From NCBI GenBank assembly GCA_964016885.1, contig OZ024742.1:263128001-263192000 (forward strand): 64,000 nucleotides of DNA, given 5' to 3'. This document shows positions 43,097-57,488 of this stretch, in pieces; positions within the stretch are counted from its first letter, which is position 1, and each line of letters opens with the position of its first letter. Origin of the DNA: Eledone cirrhosa. Lineage: Eukaryota. A program made the translations under genes and the position numbers. Under the pieces are notes generated by a model. It was not told where the DNA came from and searched no databases. It saw only the letters and a program-made list of their open reading frames with translations.

Positions 43097-43311
43097 ATAT
43101 AAGTATATATGTATATATGTATGTATGTATATATATGTATATATGCATATATGTATGTATATATATGTATATATGCATATATGTATGTATATATGTATAT
43201 ATATATGCATATGTGTATATGTATATATATATATATATGTGCATATGTATATATATATATATGCATATGTATATATATACATATGTATATATATATAGAT
43301 AAGTATATGTG

Positions 43312-43396
<85 letters not shown>

Positions 43397-43665
43397 GTAT
43401 ATGTGCGTATGTATATATATATATGTATATGTGCGTATATATATATGTATATGTATATGTGCATATATATATATGTATATGTATATATATATTTACGTAT
43501 GTATAGGTATATATATATATATATACATATATAAACGTTTGAATATGTATAATAAAGCCAAAACAATGCAGGTATGGACATAGAAAAAAGAATGCAATTG
43601 CAAAAGATAATGGTTGCATTTTAAAAGGGTACGTCAAAGCTTATTTGTAAAACTGTTATATATTG

Positions 43666-43730
43666 TATTTTGTCTGATGAAGGCATACCATAATTTAATT
43701 TGGTATCCCTGAAATATGTATAATGAAATA
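43666..43730 (+). ncRNA. Type I hammerhead ribozyme (relative of the 38197 family)
   Basis: TATTTTGT-CTGATGA-AGGcATACCA..TGGTATcCCT-GAAA-TATGTA-TA-ATGAAATA. Confidence 0.8.
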
Positions 43731-44054
43731 AATATGGTTTTATAAATATGGTTTCCATTTATTAATATCGTATATCTACTCCAAATACTTGTCGAGTGCT
43801 TTATATCAGTTATAAAAATATTTACTTGTATCCCAACAATTTTAAATAGAACTTTTGCATATATATATTGGGTCCTGTATTTTCGTTGCTCTAGTGATGC
43901 GGCTGAACTGCCGACCGCTATATCTGATTTGCTAAGCTGTCTGAACGTAATGTTATTACTCTGGGGTCTTTCCTCATCCGAGTGCTCAAGCTACAGTCCG
44001 ATTATGCATATACGCTAGCTTGGCCGTATTCTAAAGCTTCGTCAATGCTGTACT

Positions 44055-44115
<61 letters not shown>

Positions 44116-44318
44116 GAAAAGTATAGAAATTATTGTAGCAAGAAGCCAACAGTATTCCATAATATTATAGCGTCAACTGCCAATACTAGAATTGAATTAT
44201 CATGACAGTTGAGGTATGTCATACATCAATTCATGAATTTAAATATGGTTTTATAAATATAGTTTCCATTTAGTAATATCGTATATATTTATAAATATAG
44301 TTTCCATTTATTAATATC

Positions 44319-44362
<44 letters not shown>

Positions 44363-44367
<5 letters not shown>

Positions 44368-45008
44368 CATGTATACGTACATACATATATGTATACAGAC
44401 GTACAGTAGTATGTATATACATACATGCACACATATATATATATGTACGTATGGGTTTACCGAACATTTATTATAATGTTCGGTTTGTTTGTAAACAAAC
44501 AGCCCGAATTAAGCCGTAGTTTTCGGCAACCATCGTTGTATACATGTATATATATAAGAGTGAGAAATGAAATTTCATTTTTTCCATTTATCGTTTTCGG
44601 TGCGACTGGCCGACTAACTCACTCGATATGCAAATTAGGCTGCTCAGCCGTTAATATGCATAAGGAAAGTATATACTTTCAAACATTCAATCGATTGACA
44701 AGAAGGTATACGGTGCTGATGACAGCTAATAAGATAGAAACTAGTTCATCGTTCCTTTGTCAGTGGTGAACAAAAAGGCAACGATGGTTGTCGAACACTG
44801 TACGGCTTAATTCGGGCTGTTTGTTTACAAACAAACCGAACATTATAATAAATGTTCGGTAAACCCATACGTACATATATATGTGTGCATGTATGTATAT
44901 ACGTACTACTGTACGTCTGTATACATATATGTATGTACGTATACATGCTTATATTTAAGTATCAGCCGTACTAAGAGTGAGAAATGAAATTTCATTTTTT
45001 CCATTTAT
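44363..45008 (+). mobile_element. ~417 bp HHR-bearing non-coding element with terminal redundancy and 5' inverted segment
   Basis: 44556-44590 repeated at 44973-45008; inverted repeats 44363-44538 / 44779-44953; HHR 44711-44751 CGGTG-CTGATGA..GAAA-CTAG-TT-CATCG (stem II degenerate); terminus also at 20645-20695. Confidence 0.7.
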
Positions 45009-45018
45009 ATATATATAT

Positions 45019-45086
<68 letters not shown>

Positions 45087-45229
45087 GTGTATATATACAT
45101 ACACTCATACATATGTTCATTAATTTATTGACACGGTATTTCGGACATATAAGTAAGGCATTTTTACCCTATGGCCTACCGTTCGTTTCGACTTCTGTTT
45201 CATTCCTGTACTCACCACTCTGTCCCTCT

Positions 45230-45279
<50 letters not shown>

Positions 45280-45747
45280 CTTTCTCTGTTACCGTTTATT
45301 TGTCTCTTTTCTTTTTAACATGTTCCTCTTTCTTTCATTGTTCCGTCGCTCTACAAATCTTTAAGAGTATATATTTCTCTCTCCTACTTAGTTTTCTGTT
45401 GCTTTTCATTGTTTTTTCTTTATTTCTTTTCTTTCATATATTTTCTCTATCTCTCACTCTATGTATTTCATTTCTTTCGCCTCCTTCTCTAATAATATTT
45501 ACTTCTCTTATTATTTTATGTTGTTTCTTATAAGCTAACTCCTTCCCTCTGTATTAACTGCTGTTTATTCTTCCCACCACACTACCTTCCTTCTCGGCTG
45601 CTTGATTTCCCCCTTTTTTCTCTATTTGCTTCTCTTCCTTATTACTCCACCTCTCCTCACAAGCTTGACACCCCCTCTTTCTCTCTCTCTATTTCCTGCT
45701 CTTACTTTATCTTTCCCTCCCCCCTCTTCACCAATGCTCCTCTATCG

Positions 45748-46710
45748 CTCTAGTTGTTTTTATTTCTTTTTAACCGTTGGTAAAGAACGGCGACGACAAA
45801 AGTTTTTGTTGTCGATATTTCTCCATCTCCCTTTTCCGTTTTCCCCTGTCTCTACTTCCTTCTCTCTGTCACATACACATTTACCTTCTTCGTTCTGATG
45901 ATGCTTTGGATGGATTTCCTTGTTTAAAGAATAACAAACAGCTCTTCCACTCGTCACACTTTTCTGGCTGCTCACATTTTTTTAAACAACCCTTAATAAA
46001 ATACCAACAATAATAACAACAGTAACAGCAGCAATATTGACATCAACAACATTCTCATCGCCAGCAGCAGCATTTACAACGTTTGCCGACCTGAGTAATT
46101 ATTATTTATCATTTTTGTTATCTTATCATTTTTCCTCCTTTATTTATATCAGCAATATACGAAGCCATTGTGTTGTTATTGTTATAATTAATTAAATATC
46201 TATTAAATATCACTATGAAGTTGCGCATTGTACGATGGGTTTTTTTTTTTTTTTTGTTTGTTCAAATTACGTTCAAATTTCGACCTGGGTCGGCTTTGGT
46301 TTTCAAGCTGACATCCGTGTTGGGGGTTTGCGCTATAAGTGATTCAATTGCCAGCAATATACAATCAGTGTCGATTATACTTCTTCTCATATTCTCCGCT
46401 CACTCTAGTTGTTTTTGTTTCTTTTTAACCGTTGGTAAAGAACTACGACGACGACAAAACTTTGTTTTCGTTGTCTCATCCTTTCTCCTCTGTCTCGGAT
46501 CCTCTCTCTCATCCACCTACATTTACCTCCTTCCTTCTGATGATAAACTAGATGGATTTCCTTGTTTAAAAAATAACAAACAGCTCTTCCACTCGTCCAA
46601 CATTTCTGTCTGCACACATCTCGTTTTCACCCCCTAACAACTCTTAAAAAACACCAACAATTATGACAACAGCAATATCAACATTTACAACATTCTTATT
46701 GACAGCAACG
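45748..46710. repeat. Diverged direct repeat pair (~45748-46080 and ~46402-46710)
   Basis: Shared CTCTAGTTGTTTTT..TTTTTAACCGTTGGTAAAGAAC and GATGGATTTCCTTGTTTAAA.AATAACAAACAGCTCTTCCACTCGTC. Confidence 0.75.
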
Positions 46711-47089
46711 ATCTAAGTTGATATTATTTTTATTATTATTGTTATTTTCTGTCAATAATTTATATCACCTTACATCGCCGATGGCTTTGTAGAAACGCAT
46801 GCTTATCATTACATATCCTGTCTTTTAAATTTAAATCGACAGGCTTCATTCATTCATGTCTATGCGGAAACATTACGTGCCGTTATTGATACTAATTGAT
46901 TAAACATGATTATAAGGCCGTGCTTTATGCGATGTCTTGTTTTCGTACTTTACACTCCAACATTCAAATTTCGCTTGGAGTACACGTCGCTTTTCGACCA
47001 CCATCCGATTGCATAGGCTGACTGTCAGTTTTGCCAAAATAAAACAGGCCTTGTGTTTGGGCTAGAAAAATGTCTTTGTTAATTATCGT

Positions 47090-47092
47090 ATA

Positions 47093-47130
<38 letters not shown>

Positions 47131-47290
47131 TATATATATATATATATATATATAATTATATATATATATATATATATAATTATATATATATATATATATA
47201 ATTATATATATATATATATATATATAATTATATATATATATATATATAATTATATATATATATATATATAATTATATATATATATATAAT

Positions 47291-47338
<48 letters not shown>

Positions 47339-47437
47339 TATATATATATAATTATATATATATATATATATGTATATACATATGAATATATATTTATACA
47401 TATGTATATATGTATATACATATGTATATATATATAC

Positions 47438-47468
<31 letters not shown>

Positions 47469-47573
47469 ATTATGTATATATACATATGTATATATATATT
47501 TATATATATACCTATATATATATTTATATATATATATACATATGTATATATATATTTATATATATATATATAC

Positions 47574-47622
<49 letters not shown>

Positions 47623-47703
47623 GATAAATCTACCAAGAAACGATCGTTAAATAGTGAACTTTTTTTGTTTAATATAAGGAATTGTTTGTTCATTATTTGT
47701 TTA

Positions 47704-47745
<42 letters not shown>

Positions 47746-47963
47746 TATATATATACATATGTATATATATATTTATATATATACCTATATATATATTTAT
47801 ATATACATATGTATATATATATTTATATATATACATATATATATATTTATATATATATTTATATATACATATGTATATATATATATATATGTGTTTATAT
47901 ATATATATATATACATATGTATATATATATGTTTATATATATATATATATATATATACATATG

Positions 47964-47994
<31 letters not shown>

Positions 47995-48160
47995 GTGTTT
48001 ATATATATATATATATACATATGTATATATATATGTTTATATATATATATATATACATATGTATATATATATATAATTATATATATATATACATATGTAT
48101 ATATATATATATATAATTATATATATACATATGTATATATATATATACATATATATATAC

Positions 48161-48232
<72 letters not shown>

Positions 48233-48253
48233 GTATATATATATATATATAAT

Positions 48254-48306
<53 letters not shown>

Positions 48307-48381
48307 ATCTATACATATATACGTGTATATACATCTATGTAAGTTTGCATGTGTGTGTGTGTAGTAATGTATGTATGTATG

Positions 48382-48437
<56 letters not shown>

Positions 48438-48657
48438 TATATATATATATATATATATCACACACAAAAACAAAAGCTTTCATACAATAAACATAGGCGA
48501 ACAATATAAACATACGCGTATAATAAAGAATATGTAATTTTTCAGTCAAGTTGAAGAGAACTTTGCCTTGACAGTATTGTATTGTTTGGTTAGTTAAATC
48601 CAAAATCTGCTAAATTGGGCTCCGTTAAACGGGAGTGTTTATGGTGTGCGCGCGCGC

Positions 48658-48734
<77 letters not shown>

Positions 48735-48747
48735 TATATTTATATAT

Positions 48748-48778
<31 letters not shown>

Positions 48779-48796
48779 CATATATATACATATATA

Positions 48797-48836
<40 letters not shown>

Positions 48837-48848
48837 TATACATATATA

Positions 48849-48910
<62 letters not shown>

Positions 48911-48918
48911 CGTATATA

Positions 48919-49006
<88 letters not shown>

Positions 49007-49018
49007 CATATATATATA
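47090..49018. repeat. (TA)n microsatellite tracts with short interruptions
   Basis: Direct inspection. Confidence 0.9.
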
Positions 49019-49755
49019 TCATCATCATCATCATCATCAGCGTTTAACGTCCGTGTTCCACGCTTGCATGGGTTTGGACGGGGGTAGTCCCACTTGAGGC
49101 AAGAGTGATTGTCTTGCTCGCATAGGACTGTCTGGCAGGTTTTCTACAGTTGGATGCCCTTCCTAACACCAACCACATTTACAGTGTGGGTCTGGGAGGT
49201 TTTTACCGTGTTGCCTACACGGCCACATTACAGCGTGGACTGTGTGTTTTTTTGTCGTGACACCTACACGATCTCATTTGTTTCGGCCTCGATGGCGCGG
49301 CACCAACATAACTTTACATAGAACGGGGTGGTGTGGATCGGGTGGGGGTGGTGGGACGGGGTGTATTTGTTAGAGATGCCTACTGGCTGGAGTAGGTTTT
49401 ACTATATATTTAGGTAAGGCGGGTCTTCTCTGTTACTGAGTACCGCCAAAGGTCTCGGTCCAGTGACATTGTCTTGGAGAGGTGTAAGTGTGTGATGTCG
49501 GAGTTTATCAGCTCGTCCCAGGTTTTTCTAGGTCTGCCTATTCCGTGACTACCGTCTATCTTTATTGCCCTGCACTTTGTTATACAGCTATCGACTTTCA
49601 TGCGCATCACGTGTCCATACCAACGTAGCCTTCTCTCGAGTAAACAACATCTGATCCCTCTTATCTCTAATTTATTCCTTAGTTCGTTTATGCTTTGCCG
49701 TTCACGTATATTACTGTTACACATCCAGCGGAGCATGCAAGCTTCGTTCCTCTCT
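49019..49755 (-). mobile_element. RTE-clade LINE 3' fragment with (GAT)n tail
   Basis: [24 protein letters not shown]; 3'UTR shared with the 51746, 57488 and 61591 copies. Confidence 0.88.
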
Positions 49756-50802
49756 GCCCCAAATGCAAACAATGGGTACACAAGAGATGTAGCGGGATCT
49801 CAGGAAGCTTAATTAAGAATGTAGGATTCACATGCAGCAGCTGTGCTGAAACAGCAAGCAAACAGCCACAGGAAACAAGTACCACCAATCTCTGGGAGGG
49901 CCCTGTAGAAACAGTAGACAGCTTCTGCTACCTAGGTGACCGAATTAGCAACGGAGGTGGGTGCTCAGAAAGTACAATAACTAGGGTAAGAACGGGATGG
50001 AAGAAGTTTAGGGAACTACTACCACTGCTAGCTGCAAAAGGCTTCTCCCTCAGAATGAAAGGCAGACTGTATGATGCGTGTATCCGAACAGCGATGTTGC
50101 ATGGTAGTGAGACCTGGGCGCTGAAGGTGGAAGACTTACGTAGATTAGAGAGAAACGAAGCCTGCATGCTCCGATGGATGTGTAACAGTAATATACGTGA
50201 ACGACAAAGCATAAAGGAATTGAGAGAGAGACTGAGCATAAGAGGAATCAAATGCTGCGTGCAGGAGAGGCGGTTACGCTGGTATGGACATGTGATGCGT
50301 ATGAAGGATGACAGCTGCATAAAAAGGTGCAGAGCACTAGAAGTTGATGGAAACCGCGGAGTGGGGAGACCCAAGATGACTTGGGATGAGGTGATAAAAG
50401 CCGACCTTACCCAACTACACCTCTCAAAGTCAATGACACACGACCGTGACTTCTGGCGTCACGCAGTAATACAGGGTACCCGACCTCCCATGGGTACATG
50501 CTGAAGCATATAAACAATATGCCCCCCCCCCCCCCCCCCCGCAAGGTGGTCGTGGAGGTGCCACGGCAAAAAAGCACCCAGCCCACACTGTAAAGTGGAC
50601 GTGTAGGCGCCACGAAAAAGCACCCAGCACTCACTGTAAATGAGGTTGGTGTTAGGAAGGGCATCCAGCTGTAGAAATCAAGCCAGATCAGTTCCTGTAT
50701 GAGCAAGGCATGGTCAGCCGACCAGACACTGCCCACAACAAGACAACCCGTCTAACCCATGCTAGCGTGGAAGAACGGACGTAAAACGGTGATGATGATG
50801 AT
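49750..50802 (+). mobile_element. RTE-clade LINE 3' fragment (different subfamily) with (GAT)n tail
   Basis: [36 protein letters not shown]; stop at 50504. Confidence 0.88.
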
Positions 50803-50935
50803 GTATCTATATATATATATATATATAAATACATATATATATATGTATATATAAATACACATATATATATAAATATGTATATATATATATATATAAATAC
50901 ATATATATGTATCTACATATATATATATATATATA

Positions 50936-51300
50936 TTAAAATATAATTATTAATAAAATAGATGTTCTTTTGATCAATTACATTTTATTATACATATTTT
51001 GGATGTACAACATTACGTCCTCATCAGATGTTAAATGGTTAAGATATAATCAAGGTTATACCTTGCTTAAATCTTAACCATTTAACATCTCAGGGTATGT
51101 CATGTATCATATTTTGTCTGATGAGGACGTACTGTTGTACATCCGAAATATGTATAATAAAATGTAATTGATCAAAAGAACATCTATTTTATTAATACTT
51201 ATATTTTAACATAAGTGGAAAATTATTTTCATAGAGTTCATCCAATCTACTGTAAATCTTATTCTTTGACATAATCATTGAATATTGTTTAACAACATAA
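50936..51300 (+). mobile_element. PLE-like 3' end with nested foldback; HHR at 51109-51165
   Basis: ATTTTGT-CTGATGA-GGACGTAC-tgtt-GTACATCC-GAAA-TATGTA-TA-ATAAAAT; inverted copy 50936-51028; inner hairpin ~51026-51090. Confidence 0.8.
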
Positions 51301-51311
51301 TATCTATATAT

Positions 51312-51479
51312 CATCATCATCATCATTTTACGTCCACTTTTCCCTGCTTGCAAGGGTGGGACAGGAACTGATTCTGGCTTGATTTCTACAGCTGGATACC
51401 CTTCCTAACACCAACCTCATTTACAGTGAGCGGTGGGTGCTTTTTTTGCCGTGGCACCTCCACGACCACTTTGCAGTGG
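51312..51479 (-). mobile_element. Short RTE 3'UTR fragment
   Basis: (CAT)n plus TTTACGTCC..CTGGATACCCTTCCTAACACCAACC. Confidence 0.75.
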
Positions 51480-51513
51480 ACTCAGCTGTAGAAATGAGAT
51501 GATAGGGACCCCA

Positions 51514-51653
51514 GTCCCTATCATCTCATTTCTACAGCTGAGTAAACTGGAGCAATGTGAAATAAAGTGTCTTGCTGAAGGAGACAACACATCACCCGGT
51601 CTGAGAATTGAACTCACAAACTTTTGATTGTAAGGCTAATGCTCTAACCACTA
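51514..51653 (-). mobile_element. tRNA-derived SINE 5' part
   Basis: A box TAGTGGTTAG, B box GAGTTCAATTC, then GCAAGACACTTTATTTCACATTGCTCCAG. Confidence 0.7.
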
Positions 51654-51692
51654 ATATATATATATATATATATATATTGATATATATATATT

Positions 51693-51745
<53 letters not shown>

Positions 51746-53170
51746 CATCGTCATCATCATCATCGTTTAACGTCCATGTTCCACGCTTGCATGGGTTTGG
51801 ACGGGAGTTTTCCCACTTGAGGTAAGAGTGGTTGACTTGCTCGCATAGGACTGTCTGGCGGGTTTTCTACAGCTGGATGCCCTTCCTAACACCAACCACA
51901 TTTACAGTGTGGGGCTGGGAGGTTTTTACCGTGTTGCCTACACGGCCACATTACAGCGTGGACTGTGTGTTTTTTTGTCGTGACATCTACACGATCTCAT
52001 TTGTTTCGGCCTGGATGTTGTGGCACCAACATAACTTTACATTGAAGGGGTGGTGTGGATGGGGTGGGGGTGGTGGGACGGGGGAGTATTTTGTTAGAGA
52101 TGCCTACTGACTGTAGTAGGTTTTACTTTGTATTTAGGTAAGGCGGGTCTTCTCTATTACTGTGTACCGCCAAAGGTCTCAGTCCAGTGACATTGTCTTG
52201 GAGAAGTGTAAGTGTGTGAGGTCGGAATTTATCAGCTCGTCCCAGGTTTTTCTGGGTCTGCCTACTCCGTGGCTACCATCTATCTTTATTGCCCTGCACT
52301 TTGTTATACAGCTGTCGTCTTTCATGCGCATCACGTGACCATACCAACGTAGCCTTCTCTCGAGTAAACAACATCTGATCCCTCTTATTTCTAATTTTTT
52401 CCTTAGTTCGTTTATGCTTTGCCGTTCACGTATATTACTATTACACATCCAGCGGAGCATGCAAGCTTCGTTCCTCTCTAGTCTGCATATGTCCTCTGCA
52501 CGCAATGCCCAGGTCTCACTGCCATGCAACATTGCTGTTCGTATGCAGGCATCATACAACCTGCCTTTCATTTTTAGGGAGAACCCTTTAGCGGCTAATA
52601 GTGGTATAAGCTCTCTGAACTTTTTCCATCCAGTTCTGACTCTAGCTACTGGACTTTCAGAGCACCCTCCCCCACTGCTGATTTTGTCGCCCAGGTAACG
52701 GAAGCTGTCCACTATTTCTATAGAACCATCTGTGCAATGGAATGAGCTAGTATTCTGTGGGCACTTGCTGCTACTTATTGCACCAGAGCACCGGCCACAT
52801 GTAAAATCTATGTTCTTAGTTAGCTTACCTGTGATCCCACTACATCTTTTATACACCCATACTTTGCATTTGGGACATAAAATGGAGTTTCTACCTACGC
52901 CTTTCCTACACACTGAGCATGGCCATTTCCCGAAGGGACTGCCGCCTTATTTTCTTTCTTACAAACTAGAACTTTAGTCTTAGCCAGGTTAATTTTAAGG
53001 CCTTTTGATTCTAGGCCATGCTTCCATGTTTGGAATTTCTTCTCTAGCTCGGCCATTGATTCAGCTATGAGCGTTAGATCATCTGCGTATAGGAGTTCCC
53101 ATGGGCAGCCGGTCTTGAACTCCTCTGTTATAGCCTGAAGGGCAATAATAAATAGTAGGGGGCTAAGAAC
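51746..53170 (-). mobile_element. 5'-truncated RTE-clade LINE
   Basis: [40 protein letters not shown]; (GAT)n tail. Confidence 0.9.
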
Positions 53171-53502
53171 ATATATATATATATATTTATATCTGACCGG
53201 TAATAGTTGCCTTTCTTCTTTTAGCTGACATTAATCCTGGCTTCTCTTCTTCTTTCTTCCCCCTTCTTCTCTCTCCTTCCTTTCTTTCTTTCTTTTATCT
53301 TGTGTCATGAGATTGACGTTAACTTATGTTCCCATCCCTTTCTGTTTTCGTTTATCTGACCGGTAGTAGCATACTATAAACTTTAGCCACGTCACTCCAG
53401 GGCGACCGGCTGAGGTTGAAGGAACAGAATAGCGGTCGCCCTCGGGTCCTCGATTTTCAGCCCCATGGATTTTATCTGTTACATTCACGTATTATATTTC
53501 GA

Positions 53503-53560
53503 ATACCTGATGATATCACCGGATTCATACGGAACCCGGTCATTGAAATGATCATAGTAT
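53503..53560 (+). ncRNA. Type I hammerhead ribozyme in a non-coding element (~53190-53610)
   Basis: ATAC-CTGATGA-tatcACCGG..CCGGTcatt-GAAA-TGATCA-TA-GTAT; palindromic ATGATCAT. Confidence 0.78.
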
Positions 53561-54299
53561 AATAAACCTTTCAAGGATTTACACAAATCCAGCCTCCTGT
53601 CATTTCATTATATTATATATATTTATATATATATTTATATATACATATATATATTTATATATACATATATATATTTATATATACATATATATATTTATAT
53701 ATATCTTTATATATTTATATATATATTTATATTTATATTTATATATATATATTTATATTTATATATATATTTATATATACATATATATATTTATATATAC
53801 ATATATATATTTATATATACATATATATATTTAGATATTTATATATATATTTAGATATTTATATATATATTTATATATTTATATATATATTTATATATTT
53901 ATATATATATTTATCTATTTATATATATATTTATATATATATATTTATATATATATATTTATATATATATTTATATTTATATATATATATTTATATTTAT
54001 ATATAGATTTATATACATATAGATTTATATATATATAGATTTATATATATATATATTTATTTATATATATATATATTTATATCTTTATATATATATTTAT
54101 ATCTTTATATATATATTTATATATATACATATATATTTATATATATATTTATACATTTATATATATATTTATATATATATATATTTATACATTTATATAT
54201 ATATTTATAAATATATATATTTATATATATTATATATATATTTATATATATATTTATATATATATTTATATATATATATTTATATATACATATATATAT

Positions 54300-57200
54300 A
54301 TAAATATCTTTATGTCGTTTGGAAGCCTCGACAATGCAAATGGGTAAATCTCCGGGTAACAAGGTCCGGTGGTGGAGAGAGAGATGTAAGTGGGTGTACG
54401 CTGAGATGCGTGGTGTGTATAAGATGTGTGAGATGTGTAGAATGAAGGGAAGAGTATAAAGGATAAAAATAAAAATAACAACACAAGAGAGAATTACCTT
54501 GGGAGAGATTTAATAGTCCCTATATATTTCGGATTCACATCCATCAACTGGGGTTTTTTCCGGGGTGGGGGAAAAGGTTGTCTGTCGGACAAGTCCGGAT
54601 AGCGTCTTTCGCTGTTTGTTGATTTGAATATCTGAGGTATTCGGCGGAGCGCACGTGCGCGTGAAATGGGGTCGGTCGTACAGAGGTCAGCGGCCGAATG
54701 AGGGAGTGGGATGGCGCTAGCTGTCAGTCCATTCTCTGCCTGTTTGTTAAATGTTACTGTGTGTGTGTGTGCGTGTGTTGTTGTCTCGCTTGAGTGTGTG
54801 TGTGTGTTGTTGCCTTGTTCATCTGTATTGGCAGTGTGGTATGTTCGTATGGTGGAATGCTACTGTGTGTGTGTGTGTGTGTAGTTGTCTCGTTTGCGTG
54901 TGTGTGTGTGTGCGTGTGTTGTGTGTTGTTGCATCGCTTGTTAACTTAAACCAGCCATTTCATTTCGCTTCTCTCTGATCGGTTGTTTATTTGCGGTTGC
55001 AGTCGTTTGATAAAAAGCGCTTCCTTGATACGTAACGTGCCGACGTTTCTTTCAGTCGCTAGAATTGTGACAATGGGCCTTCCGTCTTTGTTTCCGCATT
55101 TGTCTATGTGTTTCCGGAAAGACGAGGCCCTGGTTTTTGTGTGTTCCTTGATCCGGATGTGCAAAGGTCGAATTGTGCTACCTATGTAGTATTGGTTGCA
55201 CCTGTCACATTATACACGACGTATGTGCGTAGGCAACAGTTAGCATGGCGTATCGGGCAGTCTCTGAGGGAGCATGCGTCAGTAGATTTTTCGGGTTTCC
55301 TGGAGAGGCATCTTCGCAGAGAGGGGCCCGAGTGGGCCAGGTGGATGTCGAGGCCCTCCCTCCGTGTAGCCTTGCGGATAGCGTTGGTAGTTTTCTCGCC
55401 CAGGTGTGGCATTTTAAGGAAGCCTGGGTGCTTCTCTGTCTCTTGCATCTGTGTCTCCTATTCTGTCTGTGATCGAGGTAGGGTACCCGTTCGTCTCCAG
55501 CACCTCGAGGAATCGCTTGGTATGAGTGACACCACTCGCGGGATCGCTGCATCTGTTTTTGATTCGTGCGATCTCGTTCGTGATGTATCCTCTTTTGGCA
55601 CTGTTAGGGAGTGCGGACTTGTAGTGAACGAATAGGTCCCTGCAGGCTGCCTTTCTGTAGAAGTTGCAGTGGATCCCTCCTTGTTCCGTGATGTTGATTC
55701 GGAAGTCGAGGAGGGCAAGTGTCCCGTCTTCGTTGGGGTGTTCAACACTGAAGTCAATGTTCTCGTCCGTGTTGTTGAACGTCTCATAGATTCTGTTCGC
55801 CGTGTCTTGGGAAGATGTGAGGATGAGGATATCGTCCACGTATCTTGAGAAAAAGGCTACGGCGTTGGGGTGGCAGGCGTTGAGTGCCTTGCGTTCGAGG
55901 TTGTCCATGTAGGAGATCGCTAGCACACCTGATAGACTTGATCCCATGGGCAATCCCGAGGTTTGTTGGTATATTTGGTCAAGGAATCCGAAGTAGGTGT
56001 TGTCGACGACGATGGATAGGAGTTGGTGGATGTCAGTGGTGGTGAGCCCGAAGCAGTGTAGGTCGGTGGATTGGATGCGTTCCATTAGTATATTGACGGC
56101 CGGGAGTGCCGGGACCGAGGTGTAGAGAGCAACTACATCAAGGCTGAAGGCATATCTGTTATTCCTTCTGGTGTCGGGATCCATTTGATGCAGGCGCTTC
56201 AACACCTCCTCGGAGCTGTTAACGTGTCCCGGCAAGGTGTCTAAGATCGGTTTGAGTATTCTGGCTAGGAGCCATGAAATTTTGTAGAGTGGTCCCTCCA
56301 CGCTCGATACGATGGGCCTGATTTTCAGGTCGGGTCCCTGTTTGTGTGTTTTCACGAGGTGGTAGAAAGCGGGTAGTCTGCTGTTCCTCGTGAGGAGGTT
56401 GTATCTCAGCTTCTTCGGGAGCTTCCGCCGGTCGCAGATGTCGGTCCAGGCGGAGTTGATGTGTTCTTCTATCTGCGCGGGAGTGATTCCCGTGACCTTT
56501 GAGTAGAGGTTGTCATCGTCAAGGTGTTGGAGGGCCAGGGTGTTGTAGGCCTCTCTGCTGATGACGCAGAATTCTTTTCCCTTGTCGGAGGGGAGATAGA
56601 TGAGGTTCTTCGATTTTAGGTTGGAGAGAGTGGTGAGTTGAGATTTGGTGAGGTTATGTGTTGTGCGTGTGTGTGTTTGTGAAGTATATCCGAGATGGAG
56701 TGTTTTAGCCTGATGAGTTTAGTGTCGAGTTTGTGGTTGTTGTGTGGGGGGTGGAGTGGGTTGTCAGGGTGGTAAGTGGGGAACTTGGGGTGGGTTGTGT
56801 CGGCACTGTTATTATCTGTGGCGCTGTTGATAGCGGTCACCCATTTAAGTTGGTAAGCGGCTCGACAAAAGTTGGCCTCAATGTTGAGTTTGAGTCTGTC
56901 GTCGAGACGTTGTGTGACGATGAACTTAGGTCCGAGGTGTAGGAGTTTCAGCTCGTCGCTCGTTAGAGTGCCGGTTAGGTCGGTGACCAGGTGCGTCGCA
57001 TCGTTGAGGTATGGCTCGGTGTTGGTGGTTGCGGCGGTGGCGGTTGTTAAGTTGTTGTTTTCCACGTGGTTCTGGTCCGTCTGTTCGTTAGTGTCGATGT
57101 TCTCGTTGTGGCGTTTCGACAAGATCCACTCATATTTTCGCTTGAGCCGTTTTTTCTCGGATTGGACTCTGGAGTGGTAGCACTGGTCGATTGCTTTAGG

Positions 57201-57395
57201 GATTTTCAGGAGCAAGTCTCCAGGTGCTATTGGCAGTCGATGTGTCCGCTTATGGACGTGTAATTGGCGGATGAGATGTCTCAGGATCTGTTTAATACAC
57301 GTGCGATGTATGCGGTTAGTGGTGTTTTGGAAGGCTGGTGTACGTAGGCTTACTGGTAAGCGGATGTTCTTGATGGTGTTGGGGATGACATCGTT
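54300..57395 (-). pseudogene. Decayed Penelope-like element (Neptune/Nematis-like): RT, Cys-rich linker, GIY-YIG, 3'UTR
   Basis: PSDKG, RPIVS, SLDVVALYTSVP, GLPMGSSLS, RYVDD, NGYP, CSLRDCPI..CC, VVY..YIG..RIKEH, EALFI..PQINN; frameshifts near 56630, 55460 and 55203. Confidence 0.88.
54518..54553 (-). ncRNA. Degenerate minimal hammerhead in the PLE 3'UTR
   Basis: CCC-CAGTTGAT-GGAT-gtga-ATCC-GAAA-TATA-TA-GGG; the core deviates from CUGANGA. Confidence 0.5.
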
Positions 57396-57453
57396 TATTT
57401 ATATATATTTATATATATATATTTATATATATATATATATTTATATATATATT

Positions 57454-57487
<34 letters not shown>

Positions 57488-57488
<1 letters not shown>

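Noticed and set aside
45122-45146. HHR 3' halves here and at 23645-23670 (minus strand)
   Set aside because: No 5' core found; treated as truncated remnants.
45896-46545. CTGATGA in both copies of the 45.7/46.4 kb direct repeat
   Set aside because: No matching GAAA-stem III segment in either the standard or the rearranged order.
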